Notes: generated by a model not told the origin, from the letters alone. 64,000 bases of DNA from an uncultured Victivallales bacterium (GCA_964345005.1 CAYFPQ010000002.1:48219-112218), one strand, 5' to 3'. Positions 9,281-18,733 are shown, numbered from the stretch's first letter. A program made the numbers and translations.

Positions 9281-9320
9281 AAGAAGAAGGCGCAGGGCTG
9301 AAGCCCCGCGCCTTCTTCTT
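9281..9320. terminator. bidirectional intrinsic terminator hairpin
   Basis: aagaagaaggcgc-agggctgaagcccc-gcgccttcttctt: perfect 13-bp outer stem plus inner GGGCT/AGCCC, flanked by T-rich tracts on both strands, between convergent genes. Confidence 0.75.
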
Positions 9321-9339
9321 TCTGATCTTGTCCGAAGGC

Positions 9340-9966
9340 CTACGCGGCCAGCGACTTGGCCAGGTCGGCTGCCGAAGCGGCATCCGGCGCGTAGCCATCG
9401 GCACCGATCTCGTCGCAGAACGCCTGCGTTACCGGGGCGCCACCGATCATGACTTTGGTTTCTACGTCTGAGGCCTTCACCGCATCCACGACCGCTTTCA
9501 TGTTGGTCATGGTTGTCGTCAGCAGAGCGGATACACCGATCACGGACGCGTTGTTCTCCTGGGCGGCGTCGACGAACTTTTGCGGTTCGCAGTCGATACC
9601 CACGTCGACAACCTTGAACCCGGCGCCTTCGAGCATCATGCAGACAAGATTCTTGCCGATGTCGTGCAGGTCGCCCTTAACGGTGCCAACCACGGCCACA
9701 CCGACCGGCTCCACGCCGCTCTCTGCGAGCTTCGGCTGGAGGATCTCCATGCCGGACTTCATCGCACGGGCAGCGATCAGTACTTCGGGAACGTAGACCT
9801 CGTTCTTCTTGAAGCGCTCACCGATCACGCTCATGCCGGCCAGCAAACCGTCATTCAGCACTTCAGCCGGAGCGGTGCCGCCGTCCAGCGCCTGCACAAC
9901 CAACTCCTTCACATCGTTAGCCTTACCCTTCATCAGGTTTTCGGCAATGTCCTGCAATACACTCAT
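9340..9966 (-). CDS. cobalamin-binding corrinoid protein (B12-binding_2 helical cap + B12-binding Rossmann domain)
   Basis: DxHxxG motif (GDLHDIGKNLV), ...GVSAL...GG B12-binding signature; 208 aa, typical of methyltransferase-cognate corrinoid proteins. Confidence 0.8.
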   Translation of the reverse strand: MSVLQDIAENLMKGKANDVKELVVQALDGGTAPAEVLNDGLLAGMSVIGERFKKNEVYVPEVLIAARAMKSGMEILQPKLAESGVEPVGVAVVGTVKGDLHDIGKNLVCMMLEGAGFKVVDVGIDCEPQKFVDAAQENNASVIGVSALLTTTMTNMKAVVDAVKASDVETKVMIGGAPVTQAFCDEIGADGYAPDAASAADLAKSLAA

Positions 9967-10155
9967 GGTACTCCTTTATGTTGATTGGAAATCCCCGCGA
10001 TACCGAATCGCTTTCCCCCTTTAGAAAGGCCCCATACTAGGAGTATGCACGATCAGTTCCTAGTGGCTTTTTTGCGATAAATATAACGATATTGTTGAAA
10101 CCGAGGGAAAAGGTGTCTAAATTTCCATATTTCTGCATGAGAGAGGGCTTCCGAT

Positions 10156-11358
10156 ATGGCGATTTTGTCGAAACGTCTCTTAGAGTCAGTTGGTCGGGAT
10201 TATCGGGCACAGCATGGGCTGGATGTCAGGGCCATGGATATTGCCGGCAAAGTCAGCGGCAACGGCAACGACCCTCTGGGGCAACTCGACAATGCGCCAC
10301 GCCGCCGCAACTACGCCCTACAGCAGAGCATCAACCAGGGCGTGCCCCACATTTATGAATTTGCACCAGGCATTCTCTCGTGGGTGGTGGCACTCGAGGA
10401 CCGGCGCCGAATCTATGGCGGTCTGATTGGCGGAGAGGTTCTTACCCTCGCGGAGGGACAATCGGCTAAACCGACACGGCGATACCTCACGCAGCACGGG
10501 CTGACGGCAGCGGCGGCGGACGAGCTGATGGAGGTGCTTCCTGTGTGGGATGCGTCACAGGCTGACTCGGCGGCAGATGACCTGAAGGAGATGTTCTACC
10601 AGAGAAGCGGATGGCGCTCGGAATTGTTGGATGAGAACCGTCTGCGACGCGGACAGATGGAGCAGCTTAACCGGGCGATCGAAGACCAGCGCCGCGAGGG
10701 GCAACCAGCGCTGTATGCGTTCGAGAAGGAGCGCATGCTGTTGGCAACCATCCGGACGGGCGATCGCCCCGGGGCACGCAGCCTCCTCAACGAGATGCTG
10801 GCGATCATCTACATGTCATCGCCCAAACTGGTGGTGCTTCGTGCACGTGCAGTCGAGCTGCTGAGCTGTCTCACCCGGGCGGCGATCGAGGATAACCCGT
10901 TACTCGAGCCGATGATTGAAAGAAACCACGGGTGGACCGAGAAGCTGGTCGCGGCGCGGAGTTTCGAGGCGTTGTCGCAGCGGCTCATGACGGCGCTGGA
11001 TGACTTCATCGATGCGATCTACCTGCAGGGCGTCAACCGGTCGAATGTCAAGGTGTCGCAGGCCATTGACTACATCGGGCGGCACTACACCAGGCCGATT
11101 TCGCTACGTGATGTGGCTGAGGAGGTGGGGCTTAGTTCGTGTCGGCTGGCTCACCTGGTGAAGACGTATACGGGGCGGACAGTCATGCAGCTCATTTACC
11201 AGATGCGGGTGACGCATGCGCAGAAGCTGCTGGTCAGCACATCCCAGAGCTGTACGGATATCGCGTACGCAGTGGGTTTCAACGACCAGAGCTACTTCAT
11301 CAAGCACTTCAAGCGCCTAACCGGCACAACCCCCATGCGTTTCCGTCGTGCCGGGTAG
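10156..11358 (+). CDS. AraC-family transcriptional regulator with about 290-aa non-cupin N-terminal domain (paralog 1)
   Basis: C-terminal AraC HTH (ISLRDVAEEVGLSSCRLAHLVK...YFIKHFKRLTGTTPMRFRR); N-terminal domain homologous to that of 15102..16319. Confidence 0.85.
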   Translation: MAILSKRLLESVGRDYRAQHGLDVRAMDIAGKVSGNGNDPLGQLDNAPRRRNYALQQSINQGVPHIYEFAPGILSWVVALEDRRRIYGGLIGGEVLTLAEGQSAKPTRRYLTQHGLTAAAADELMEVLPVWDASQADSAADDLKEMFYQRSGWRSELLDENRLRRGQMEQLNRAIEDQRREGQPALYAFEKERMLLATIRTGDRPGARSLLNEMLAIIYMSSPKLVVLRARAVELLSCLTRAAIEDNPLLEPMIERNHGWTEKLVAARSFEALSQRLMTALDDFIDAIYLQGVNRSNVKVSQAIDYIGRHYTRPISLRDVAEEVGLSSCRLAHLVKTYTGRTVMQLIYQMRVTHAQKLLVSTSQSCTDIAYAVGFNDQSYFIKHFKRLTGTTPMRFRRAG

Positions 11359-11439
11359 GGGGTGGATACTACTGCCCTGGATGGAGACTGTGAGCGTGGA
11401 GGGACTTCCGACCTCTGACTTTCGACTCCCGGCCTCCGG

Positions 11440-12267
11440 CTAGTTAGCCATCGCCAGCGTCCGGGCGGTGGAGTCGTTCATCGCGATGACGATCTCGCCG
11501 GCACCCATGCGGCCGAAGTGCGGTGTCTGCCAGCCCGAGGTCTCGCGGCGAACGCGGTTGCGAACATAGGCCGCCAGCTTCAGAGCCGAAACACCGCCGT
11601 CCCTCCCCCCGGAGCGGTGGAAGTAGTTGAGGATGTAGCGAGTGAACAGACCATGACCATCGGCTTCGAACGCGCGATCCAACGCACCGCCGGCGGTCAG
11701 CATCTGTATACTCCGGGAGGAGGTCCAGTCGGTAGAATCAGTAGCAACAGAAATTCCGAAACCCGAGTAGCAGGAATCCATGATGAAGAAGCTGTGACGG
11801 TTGGGCATGGTTTCAACAGCCTCGCGCAGCGCCTGCATCGATAGGCCGTCATCGGCCTCGTGCCCCGCGCGAGTTTCGACCGGAAGCAGGTAACCCATCT
11901 GGTTGCCGCTGGAATCGGCACCGGTCCAGCCGTGGCCCGCGTAGAAGAAGACGAACAGGTCGTTGTCGCCGATCTCATCGCCGACTTCCTTGAGAGCGCC
12001 CATGATATCCTCGCGGCCGGCCTCTTCGTCGGTGAGGAGTATAACCTTGTCGAACCCGTAGCTGTGGAAAACCTGCGACATCTCAACAGCGTCGTTGACC
12101 GAGCAGGAGAGAGGGGCGTAGGAGGGATAGTCGTTGATGCCGACGCAAACGGCGATCCGGCGACTGTAGGCCTCGCTCGCAGCCTGACCCATCACGGTGG
12201 CGGCCAGAATGAATGTTGCGGTGGCTGCCAGCGTCCGCCCGATCTTGCTGTTGTATTTGAGTGTCAT
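11440..12267 (-). CDS. secreted caspase-domain (peptidase C14) protein
   Basis: catalytic dyad context FYAGHGW (His) and IMDSCYSG (Cys); signal peptide; start moved to MTLKYN (12267), 8 nt after GGGAG; ORF extends to 12282. Confidence 0.8.
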   Translation of the reverse strand: MTLKYNSKIGRTLAATATFILAATVMGQAASEAYSRRIAVCVGINDYPSYAPLSCSVNDAVEMSQVFHSYGFDKVILLTDEEAGREDIMGALKEVGDEIGDNDLFVFFYAGHGWTGADSSGNQMGYLLPVETRAGHEADDGLSMQALREAVETMPNRHSFFIMDSCYSGFGISVATDSTDWTSSRSIQMLTAGGALDRAFEADGHGLFTRYILNYFHRSGGRDGGVSALKLAAYVRNRVRRETSGWQTPHFGRMGAGEIVIAMNDSTARTLAMAN

Positions 12268-12303
12268 CCTTTTTACTCCCACTGTCGCTCGTGCGGCTGT
12301 ATA

Positions 12304-12321
12304 TCGCAGTGGGCGTGCCAG
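12304..12321 (-). promoter_or_regulatory. predicted sigma-54 (-24/-12) promoter for the caspase gene
   Basis: minus-strand CTGGCACGCCCACTGCGA: GG and GC spaced exactly as in consensus TGGCAC-N5-TTGC (one mismatch in -12 box), about 35 nt upstream of start 12267 and directly downstream of a sigma-54 activator gene. Confidence 0.5.
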
Positions 12322-12430
12322 GATGACTTAGAGTTCTATAACCCGTTCCTTATAAAGTAATTATAAAAAAAGACGCCACGGAGAACCGAGGCGCCAGGCA
12401 TGTGAAAAACCGGTACAATGTCAAAAAATG

Positions 12431-13864
12431 TTACACAGCGCTTTCCTCCTCCGCGCGTATGTTCTTAAGGTGTCTGTTCAGGGTCTGACGGGTGATCCCA
12501 AGCAGCTGGGAAGCCATGGTTTGGTTGCCGTCGGTACGGCGCAGGGCCTCCTCGATCAGGAGTCGTTCGGCCTGCCGGATCGAGGGCAGGGGCTGTTCGG
12601 GACTGAGAAAATCGGGTGCCGGTGCGGGGGTGCTGGGGACTTCGGGCAGAGAGCCCTGTTCGCGTTTGATGGCCTCGCGGAACGTGTTCATAGAGAGTAC
12701 GCCGCCCTTGTGAATGCTGACGGCATCGTAGCACATCGCTTCCAGCTCTCGGATATTGCCTGGGAAGGAGTAGGTGGAAAGCAATGTTACGAGTTCAGGA
12801 GGCGGCGTGGGCTTCTTCTTGCTCATCTCGGACGCCGACCGGGCAAGAAAATGATCCAGTAGCAGAGAAAGATCGCCGAGGCGCTCACGAAGCGGAGGCA
12901 CGTTGACGTGGTGAGAGCGCAGGCGGAAGTAAAGGTCCTCGCGGAAGTCGCCGGATCGTTGCAGGCTCTGCAGGTCCCGGTTGGTGGCCACTACGATCCG
13001 CGCGTTGGTCCGCTTCGGGCTGTCAGACCCCAGCGCGAGATACTCTCGCTCCTGCACGAGGCGCAGCAGCTTAACCTGGGACATACTGTTCAAGTCGCCG
13101 ATCTCATCCAGAAAAAGCGTTCCGCCTTCGGCGCGTTCGATCAGGCCTTTGCGTACATCGACGGCGCCCGTGAAGGCGCCTTTGACGTGGCCGAAGAGGG
13201 TATCGGAGAACACGTTGTCATCCAGCCCGGCGATGTTGACCGGAATAAACTCACCCTCGCGTCCACTGGCCTCGTGAATGGCTTTGGCAATAAGTTCTTT
13301 TCCAACGCCTGTTTCACCGGTTACCAGGATGGGTTGAGGCGTACCGGCGATGGCTTCGATGTACTGGAAGAGCGCGCGCATGTTGGCGTCGCTCGTGATG
13401 AGGTTACCGAACGCGTCCGGCTGCATCAGCTCCGTGGATAGCAGCTGGCGGGTGAGGAGGGCATTTTCGCGCCGCATATCGCGTACATCGAGTGCGCGTC
13501 GAAGCCCTGTAAGGAGATGCTCTTCCTTCACGGGCTTTACCATGTAGTCGAACGCCCCGGCCCGCATGCACTTGACCGCGGTATCGACTTCGTCAACTCC
13601 GGTCACAACAATAACGGGCAAGTCCGGGCTGCGCTGTACGATCATGGGTAGCACGTCGCGACCGGAGAGTCGCGGCATGTTCAGGTCGAGCAGCACAGCA
13701 TCGAACTCGTGCTCCTTCATGATGGCTTCGACATCTGCCCCGTCTACGCATGTGATGACATTGGTGATGCCATCGGCGCGGAGCGTGTAGACATAATTAC
13801 GCAGCAGATCCGCGTCATCGTCGACCAGTAGAACGGGATGTACCGGAAAAGCGGGTTTGTTCAT
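12431..13864 (-). CDS. sigma-54-dependent response regulator (NtrC family)
   Basis: receiver domain (VLLVDDD...DLNMPRLSG), GETGVGKE Walker A, GAFTGA motif, C-terminal HTH (QTMASQLLGITRQTLNRHLK). Confidence 0.92.
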   Translation of the reverse strand: MNKPAFPVHPVLLVDDDADLLRNYVYTLRADGITNVITCVDGADVEAIMKEHEFDAVLLDLNMPRLSGRDVLPMIVQRSPDLPVIVVTGVDEVDTAVKCMRAGAFDYMVKPVKEEHLLTGLRRALDVRDMRRENALLTRQLLSTELMQPDAFGNLITSDANMRALFQYIEAIAGTPQPILVTGETGVGKELIAKAIHEASGREGEFIPVNIAGLDDNVFSDTLFGHVKGAFTGAVDVRKGLIERAEGGTLFLDEIGDLNSMSQVKLLRLVQEREYLALGSDSPKRTNARIVVATNRDLQSLQRSGDFREDLYFRLRSHHVNVPPLRERLGDLSLLLDHFLARSASEMSKKKPTPPPELVTLLSTYSFPGNIRELEAMCYDAVSIHKGGVLSMNTFREAIKREQGSLPEVPSTPAPAPDFLSPEQPLPSIRQAERLLIEEALRRTDGNQTMASQLLGITRQTLNRHLKNIRAEEESAV

Positions 13865-15060
13865 GCTGCTGTCTCCTCGCTATCTCTGGGTGCCGGGAGG
13901 GTCAGTGTAACCAGTGTGCCATGGCCGCCGGTCGAGCTGAATACGAGCGCACCACCGTGATTCTCGGCAATCTGCCGCGAAATCGACAGCCCGAGCCCGG
14001 TACCACCCGTATCGTGCTTAGTTGTGAAGAAGGGATCGGTAACCTGCGGCAGCGACTCCGGCGGAATACCCTCGCCCTCGTCCTGCACCGTAATGTACAC
14101 CTCGTGTGCAGCCGGGCTATAGGCCGTTGACAACGTAATTCCGCAGTCCCGATTCGGAAGGGCCTGGCAGGCATTGCTGAGCAAGTTGATAACCACCTGC
14201 TCGATACGACGGGCCGTACCCCTGACAGAGGGCAGATCATCGGCGCATTTCAGCTTGAAGTTGTGCGTGGCCTTACGAATGGTTACACCCATCAAGTTGG
14301 CGGCGCTCTGCACGATAGCGTTGACGTCAAACAGGTCCAGCACGACCCCATCATCCCTGCGGGCATAGCACTTCAGGTCGGTAACCAGTCGATTGATCCG
14401 CTCCGCCGCACGGTAGCAGGATGCCACCATCTCCGGAATGTCTTCACGGATCTCGCTGTAGCTGCCGATACTCAAGTCGAAATCGCCTTCCTTCTCCTTG
14501 CGTTCGTCGAGGATGGGTCTCAGGTCTTCGACGATGCGCTGTAGTGTCTTCAGGCTGAGCAACATCACGTTGTTCGGATTGCTGACCTCGTGCGCCACAC
14601 CGGAAACCAGTGTGCCAAGCGCGGCGAGCTTCTGCGCCTGTACGAGCTGGGCTTCAGCACGCTTCTGCTCGGTAATGTCCTGCCGAGTGACGATGGCCCC
14701 TTGCGTGAACGGGGCGATCGTGAACGAAAAGATATGTCCCCCGGAGCGGACATCGGAGACCTCGCGCACAATGTTCAGATCGAGCGCCTTCTTCAGCTCG
14801 CCCTTCATGATCAGGTCACAATCCGAATCGCCGGAAAAAAGTGACTTGCCCAAGTCGGGGAGAGGATCATGGGCGTGGCGGCGGGCCAGGTTGCTCTTCA
14901 CGACCCTGCCCTCGCGATCGACAATTGTGATGGCGGACGGGTTGTGCTGGAAGAGCGCAAAATTGAACTCCTCCTTTTCGTGGCACTCACGCAGGACCCT
15001 GCCTAGATCAAGCGTCTCCGCGGTAGTGGCGTTATCGTTCTTTTCCGTCATGACCAACAC
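13861..15060 (-). CDS. sensor histidine kinase with PAS domain
   Basis: H-box VSGVAHEVSNPNNVM, HATPase_c N/G boxes (INLLSNACQAL, DEGEGIP, GTGLGLSI); 4-nt overlap with the RR gene. Confidence 0.88.
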   Translation of the reverse strand: MLVMTEKNDNATTAETLDLGRVLRECHEKEEFNFALFQHNPSAITIVDREGRVVKSNLARRHAHDPLPDLGKSLFSGDSDCDLIMKGELKKALDLNIVREVSDVRSGGHIFSFTIAPFTQGAIVTRQDITEQKRAEAQLVQAQKLAALGTLVSGVAHEVSNPNNVMLLSLKTLQRIVEDLRPILDERKEKEGDFDLSIGSYSEIREDIPEMVASCYRAAERINRLVTDLKCYARRDDGVVLDLFDVNAIVQSAANLMGVTIRKATHNFKLKCADDLPSVRGTARRIEQVVINLLSNACQALPNRDCGITLSTAYSPAAHEVYITVQDEGEGIPPESLPQVTDPFFTTKHDTGGTGLGLSISRQIAENHGGALVFSSTGGHGTLVTLTLPAPRDSEETAA

Positions 15061-15101
15061 TCCGTGTTCGGGATTGAAACATACTACCGAGTCGATTGGA
15101 T

Positions 15102-16319
15102 CTATGCAATCCCTCGTCGTTCACGCCGGTATTTTGCCGGCGTGGTTCCGGTCATCTCTCTGAACTGGCGCGTGAAGAAGCTTTGGTCGGAGAACCCGAC
15201 CTCGTATGCGATCTCGGCACAGGTCAGCGAGGACTCCTCAAGGAGATGGCGTGCCCTTTCGGTGCGGAGCCGTTTGACGTGCTGCAGAATGGTTCGGCCG
15301 GTGACGTCCTTGACCATGTGCGCGATGCGGAACGTGCTGAGACCTACGTGCTCGGCCACATCATCAAGGCGCAGCTCTTCGGTGTAGTGTTCGGCAATAT
15401 AGTCGAGCGCCTTGCGAACCTTCTTGTTGGTACGTCCATAGCCCTGCTCGAAGATGCTGTCCATGAAATCGTCCAGTGCCTGTCGCACGACTTTGCAGAG
15501 CGCTTCGAATCCCTCCGTGTTGAATACTTGCTCCATCCACTTCTGCTGCCGCTCGAGCAGGGGCTCGAGCAGGGGGCTGTCTTCAACCGCTGCACGTACC
15601 AGATAGCCCATCATCTCGATAATGCGCGCACGGATTACTGCCTCGCGCGGGGAATAGAGATAGATGGCGGCGAGCATGGTGTTCAACATGCTGCGGGCGC
15701 CCGCCCGGTTGCCGACACGAATCAGCGAGAGCAGGATGCGCTCCTCTTCCAAGGGGTACGCACGGTCCGGCTGGCGCTTGCGCTCGTGGATTACCTCCGC
15801 AATCTGTCGCTGCTGCAGGGCGTCGGTGCGGTTGCGTGTCAGAAGGGCGGGGTCCCAGCCGCTGAGCTGATAGAAGGATTCGTACAGGCTGGCGGCGGCC
15901 TCATGCACACGCGGCTGTGGCCAGAAAGGAATCTTGCCGACATAGGCCGCGGCCGACTTTCGGCCGACTCCGGCCGACACGATGAAATTAACCAACTCGG
16001 TTGTGTCGGTGACATCGCCCTCGATGCGCACCTCGCCGCCGGTAAGCCCGCCCTCGACGGACTCCTCGTCCACCAGTGGTATAACCCAGGTCATCAACCC
16101 CGGCGCCATAAAGAGCGAGTAAGGTTCGCCCCAACGCACCGCTTCCTGGAGCGCGTGAGCGCGGGCGCGGCAGAAGATGGCGTTGTTGTGAAGGGCGGAG
16201 CTGTGTTCGCGGTCGGTAATGGAACCGTTCCCGGCGATCGGCAGGCAGGTCAGGCCATACTCATTTCGGTACGCCCGTCGCAGCTGCGTCATCATGTTGG
16301 CGGAGAGCCGTGAAGCCAT
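15102..16319 (-). CDS. AraC-family transcriptional regulator with non-cupin N-terminal domain (paralog 2)
   Basis: C-terminal AraC HTH (LRLDDVAEHVGLSTFRIAHMVK...FFTRQFREMTGTTPAKYRR); N-terminus homologous to 10156..11358; 42 nt upstream of the HK gene on the same strand. Confidence 0.85.
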   Translation of the reverse strand: MASRLSANMMTQLRRAYRNEYGLTCLPIAGNGSITDREHSSALHNNAIFCRARAHALQEAVRWGEPYSLFMAPGLMTWVIPLVDEESVEGGLTGGEVRIEGDVTDTTELVNFIVSAGVGRKSAAAYVGKIPFWPQPRVHEAAASLYESFYQLSGWDPALLTRNRTDALQQRQIAEVIHERKRQPDRAYPLEEERILLSLIRVGNRAGARSMLNTMLAAIYLYSPREAVIRARIIEMMGYLVRAAVEDSPLLEPLLERQQKWMEQVFNTEGFEALCKVVRQALDDFMDSIFEQGYGRTNKKVRKALDYIAEHYTEELRLDDVAEHVGLSTFRIAHMVKDVTGRTILQHVKRLRTERARHLLEESSLTCAEIAYEVGFSDQSFFTRQFREMTGTTPAKYRRERRGIA

Positions 16320-16428
16320 AGCAAGAAAATCCTATTTCCTGTTCAGGCGCACCGTAGCACGTGGACAGACACAAGTACATACTCCAAAATACTCGCGCCA
16401 CTGCGCCCGACCCGCTAAGGTTCCGCCC

Positions 16429-17505
16429 ATGACCATTGCCGATGTCAGAGGCATGCGACGCGCCCTCCTGCGTTGGTTCGATCGAAACCGGCGTCGCATG
16501 CCGTGGCGCGATGATCCGCAGCCGTACAAGGTGTGGATCAGCGAGGTCATGCTGCAGCAGACCCAAGTGACCACCGTGATGCCCTATTTCGAGCGGTTCA
16601 TCAGGCGGTTCCCGACAGTCTCCGACCTTGCCGCCGCCGACCTGCAGGAGGTCCTCGAGGTGTGGCAAGGCCTCGGTTACTACTCCCGTGCGCGCAACCT
16701 CCACAAGGCGGCTCGCGTTGTGATGGACGTGCATGACGGCAACCTGCCACGGCTGGCACGCGAATGGCAGGCCCTGCCTGGCATTGGGCCCTACGCGGCT
16801 GGCGCCATTGCAAGTATCGCGTTCAACGAAGCCGTACCAGCGGTGGACGGCAACGTAGTGCGAGTGTTCACCCGCCTGCTTGGCATCCGCAAGGATAGTA
16901 CAAAGTCCGCTGTCCGGCGCGCCCTGACGGAGCAGGTCGCTCGGATGATGGCACCGCGACGTGCCGGTGACTTCAACCAGGCGGTTATGGAGTTGGGTGC
17001 ACTCGTCTGTAAGCCGCGCAGCCCGGATTGCTCGAGCTGCCCCCTTCAGCGCTGGTGCATAGCGTATGCGAAAGGGCTGACTGCCCGCATACCCTATCGC
17101 CCACGGCGCAAGCCTGTCCCGCACATTGACGTAGCCGCCTGCGTGATTCGGCGTGGCGATCGCGTACTGATTGCGCGTCGGTGCGCGGACCAGATGTTGG
17201 GTGGGCTGTGGGAGTTTCCGGGCGGGAAGCAGGAGACGGGCGAGACAATCGAGGAGACCGCGGTTCGTGAAATCGCCGAGGAGCTCGGCATTGAAATCCG
17301 TGTGGTACAGAAGCTTGGCGCCATCCAACACGCGTTCAGCCATTTCAAGATGACGCTGCATGTCTTCGAATGTCGACCGACACGTGGGCGTGCCCGTGCG
17401 GTTACAGTGGATGCTGTCAAGTGGGTTTCCATCGCCGACCTTGGCGGCTACCCGTTCCCGGCCGCGGACCGGAAAGTGGTTGCGTGGCTGGCCAAGTCAT
17501 CATGA
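16429..17505 (+). CDS. mutY: A/G-specific adenine DNA glycosylase MutY (HhH-GPD + FeS + NUDIX-like C-terminal domain)
   Basis: MLQQTQV...VMPYFERF, HhH-GPD, Cys cluster CKPRSPDCSSCPLQRWC, C-terminal MutT-like domain; start at MTIADV (ORF 16219 has an N-terminal extension overlapping the divergent gene). Confidence 0.9.
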   Translation: MTIADVRGMRRALLRWFDRNRRRMPWRDDPQPYKVWISEVMLQQTQVTTVMPYFERFIRRFPTVSDLAAADLQEVLEVWQGLGYYSRARNLHKAARVVMDVHDGNLPRLAREWQALPGIGPYAAGAIASIAFNEAVPAVDGNVVRVFTRLLGIRKDSTKSAVRRALTEQVARMMAPRRAGDFNQAVMELGALVCKPRSPDCSSCPLQRWCIAYAKGLTARIPYRPRRKPVPHIDVAACVIRRGDRVLIARRCADQMLGGLWEFPGGKQETGETIEETAVREIAEELGIEIRVVQKLGAIQHAFSHFKMTLHVFECRPTRGRARAVTVDAVKWVSIADLGGYPFPAADRKVVAWLAKSS

Positions 17506-17520
17506 TCAAACGTGGCTTGC

Positions 17521-17604
17521 GGCTCGCTCGGAGAGCTCGCCCTACCTCAGCTTGGGCAAGGTCCATCGTGGGTGAGGTAGGGCGAGCTGTCCCCAGCGAG
17601 CCGG
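17521..17604. repeat. REP-like palindromic element (copy B), probably also a terminator after mutY
   Basis: ggctcgctcggagagctcgccctacctca ... tgaggtagggcgagctgtccccagcgagccgg: 29-nt inverted arms around a 23-nt loop; units match the 6261/32415/62102 family. Confidence 0.65.
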
Positions 17605-17683
17605 ATTTGATCACGGTATTTGGGTTCAGGCTTGAGTTGCGGATGATGTGGTGATAGAGACGCCTCTTCACGGAGAGGATTCT

Positions 17684-18733
17684 GCTATGAGCGATACTTT
17701 GAGAGTTGGTGTGATCGGGCTGGGGATGGGACGTCATCACGTGACGGGTTTCAATGCGCACCCACAGGCCGCGGTCGTAGCGATCAGTGATACGCAGGAA
17801 GACCGGTTGGCGGAGATCGGCGATCCCAACAACGTCCCGGGGCGCTATACGGATGCGGCCGAGATGATCGCGAAGGAGAACCTGGACATCGTCTCCATCG
17901 CCACACCCAACAAGTTCCATCATCCTTACACCATGATGGCATTCGACGCGGGAGCCAACGTGTTCTGCGAGAAGCCGATGGCCATGAACGCGGCAGAGGC
18001 CCGCGAGATGCTTGAGAAGGGGCGTACCGTAGGCAAACGCCTCATGATCAACTTCTCCTATCGGTTCAGCCCACAGTCGTGGGCGCTCAAGAAGGAGGTC
18101 GACCGGGGGACACTGGGCGAGGTCTATTATGCGCGCACACAGTGGCTGCGCCGGCGCGGCATGCCGGGTTTCGGTGGATGGTTCGGTACCAAGGCGCTCT
18201 CCGGCGGCGGCCCCTTGATTGACTTGGGCGTACACCGCCTCGACCTCGCACTCTGGTTGATGGGGTATCCACAACCGGTATGGGTGTTGGCAAGCACCTA
18301 CAACCACATCGCTTCCAAGTTGGCGCAACAGCAGGACAAAGTGTTTGATGTTGAAGACATGGCCGTTGCGCTGATCACGTTCGAAAACGGCACCACGCTG
18401 GAGGTCGAAGCGAGTTGGGCTGCCAACATTGCCGACGAGGAACTCATGCAGACGCGTCTGCTGGGGACGAAGGCAGGGCTTCTGCAGCGCAACATCAATG
18501 GGACGTACGAGTTCGAGGCCAAGATCTACTATGAGCGCGATGGGTCGCAGTACGACACGGAACTACGTCCCCCGGTTCCCGACGCGACCAGCTCAATGGC
18601 TCACTTCGTCGACTCCCTGGTGGCTGATCGGCCGCACATCGCTACAGGTGAAGAGGGGTTGATCGTCATGGAGCTTCTCGACGCCATCTACGAAAGTGCT
18701 GAAAGCGGCAAGCCGGTCAAGATCACAGCGTGA
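17684..18733 (+). CDS. Gfo/Idh/MocA-family NAD(P)-dependent oxidoreductase
   Basis: N-terminal Rossmann LRVGVIGLGMGRHHV, EKPMA motif, C-terminal GFO_IDH_MocA_C region. Confidence 0.85.
   Translation, partial: AMSDTLRVGVIGLGMGRHHVTGFNAHPQAAVVAISDTQEDRLAEIGDPNNVPGRYTDAAEMIAKENLDIVSIATPNKFHHPYTMMAFDAGANVFCEKPMAMNAAEAREMLEKGRTVGKRLMINFSYRFSPQSWALKKEVDRGTLGEVYYARTQWLRRRGMPGFGGWFGTKALSGGGPLIDLGVHRLDLALWLMGYPQPVWVLASTYNHIASKLAQQQDKVFDVEDMAVALITFENGTTLEVEASWAANIADEELMQTRLLGTKAGLLQRNINGTYEFEAKIYYERDGSQYDTELRPPVPDATSSMAHFVDSLVADRPHIATGEEGLIVMELLDAIYESAESGKPVKITA

Noticed and set aside
9097-9340. Looked for a cobalamin riboswitch (B12 box) next to the corrinoid protein gene
   Set aside because: The region is at the 3' end of that gene, not its leader, and no B12-box-like motif was seen; the structure found has a different, nested/pseudoknot layout
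16757-16774. Sigma-54-like motif CTGGCACGCGAATGGCA inside mutY coding sequence
   Set aside because: Internal to a well-supported CDS with no downstream target; most likely chance occurrence
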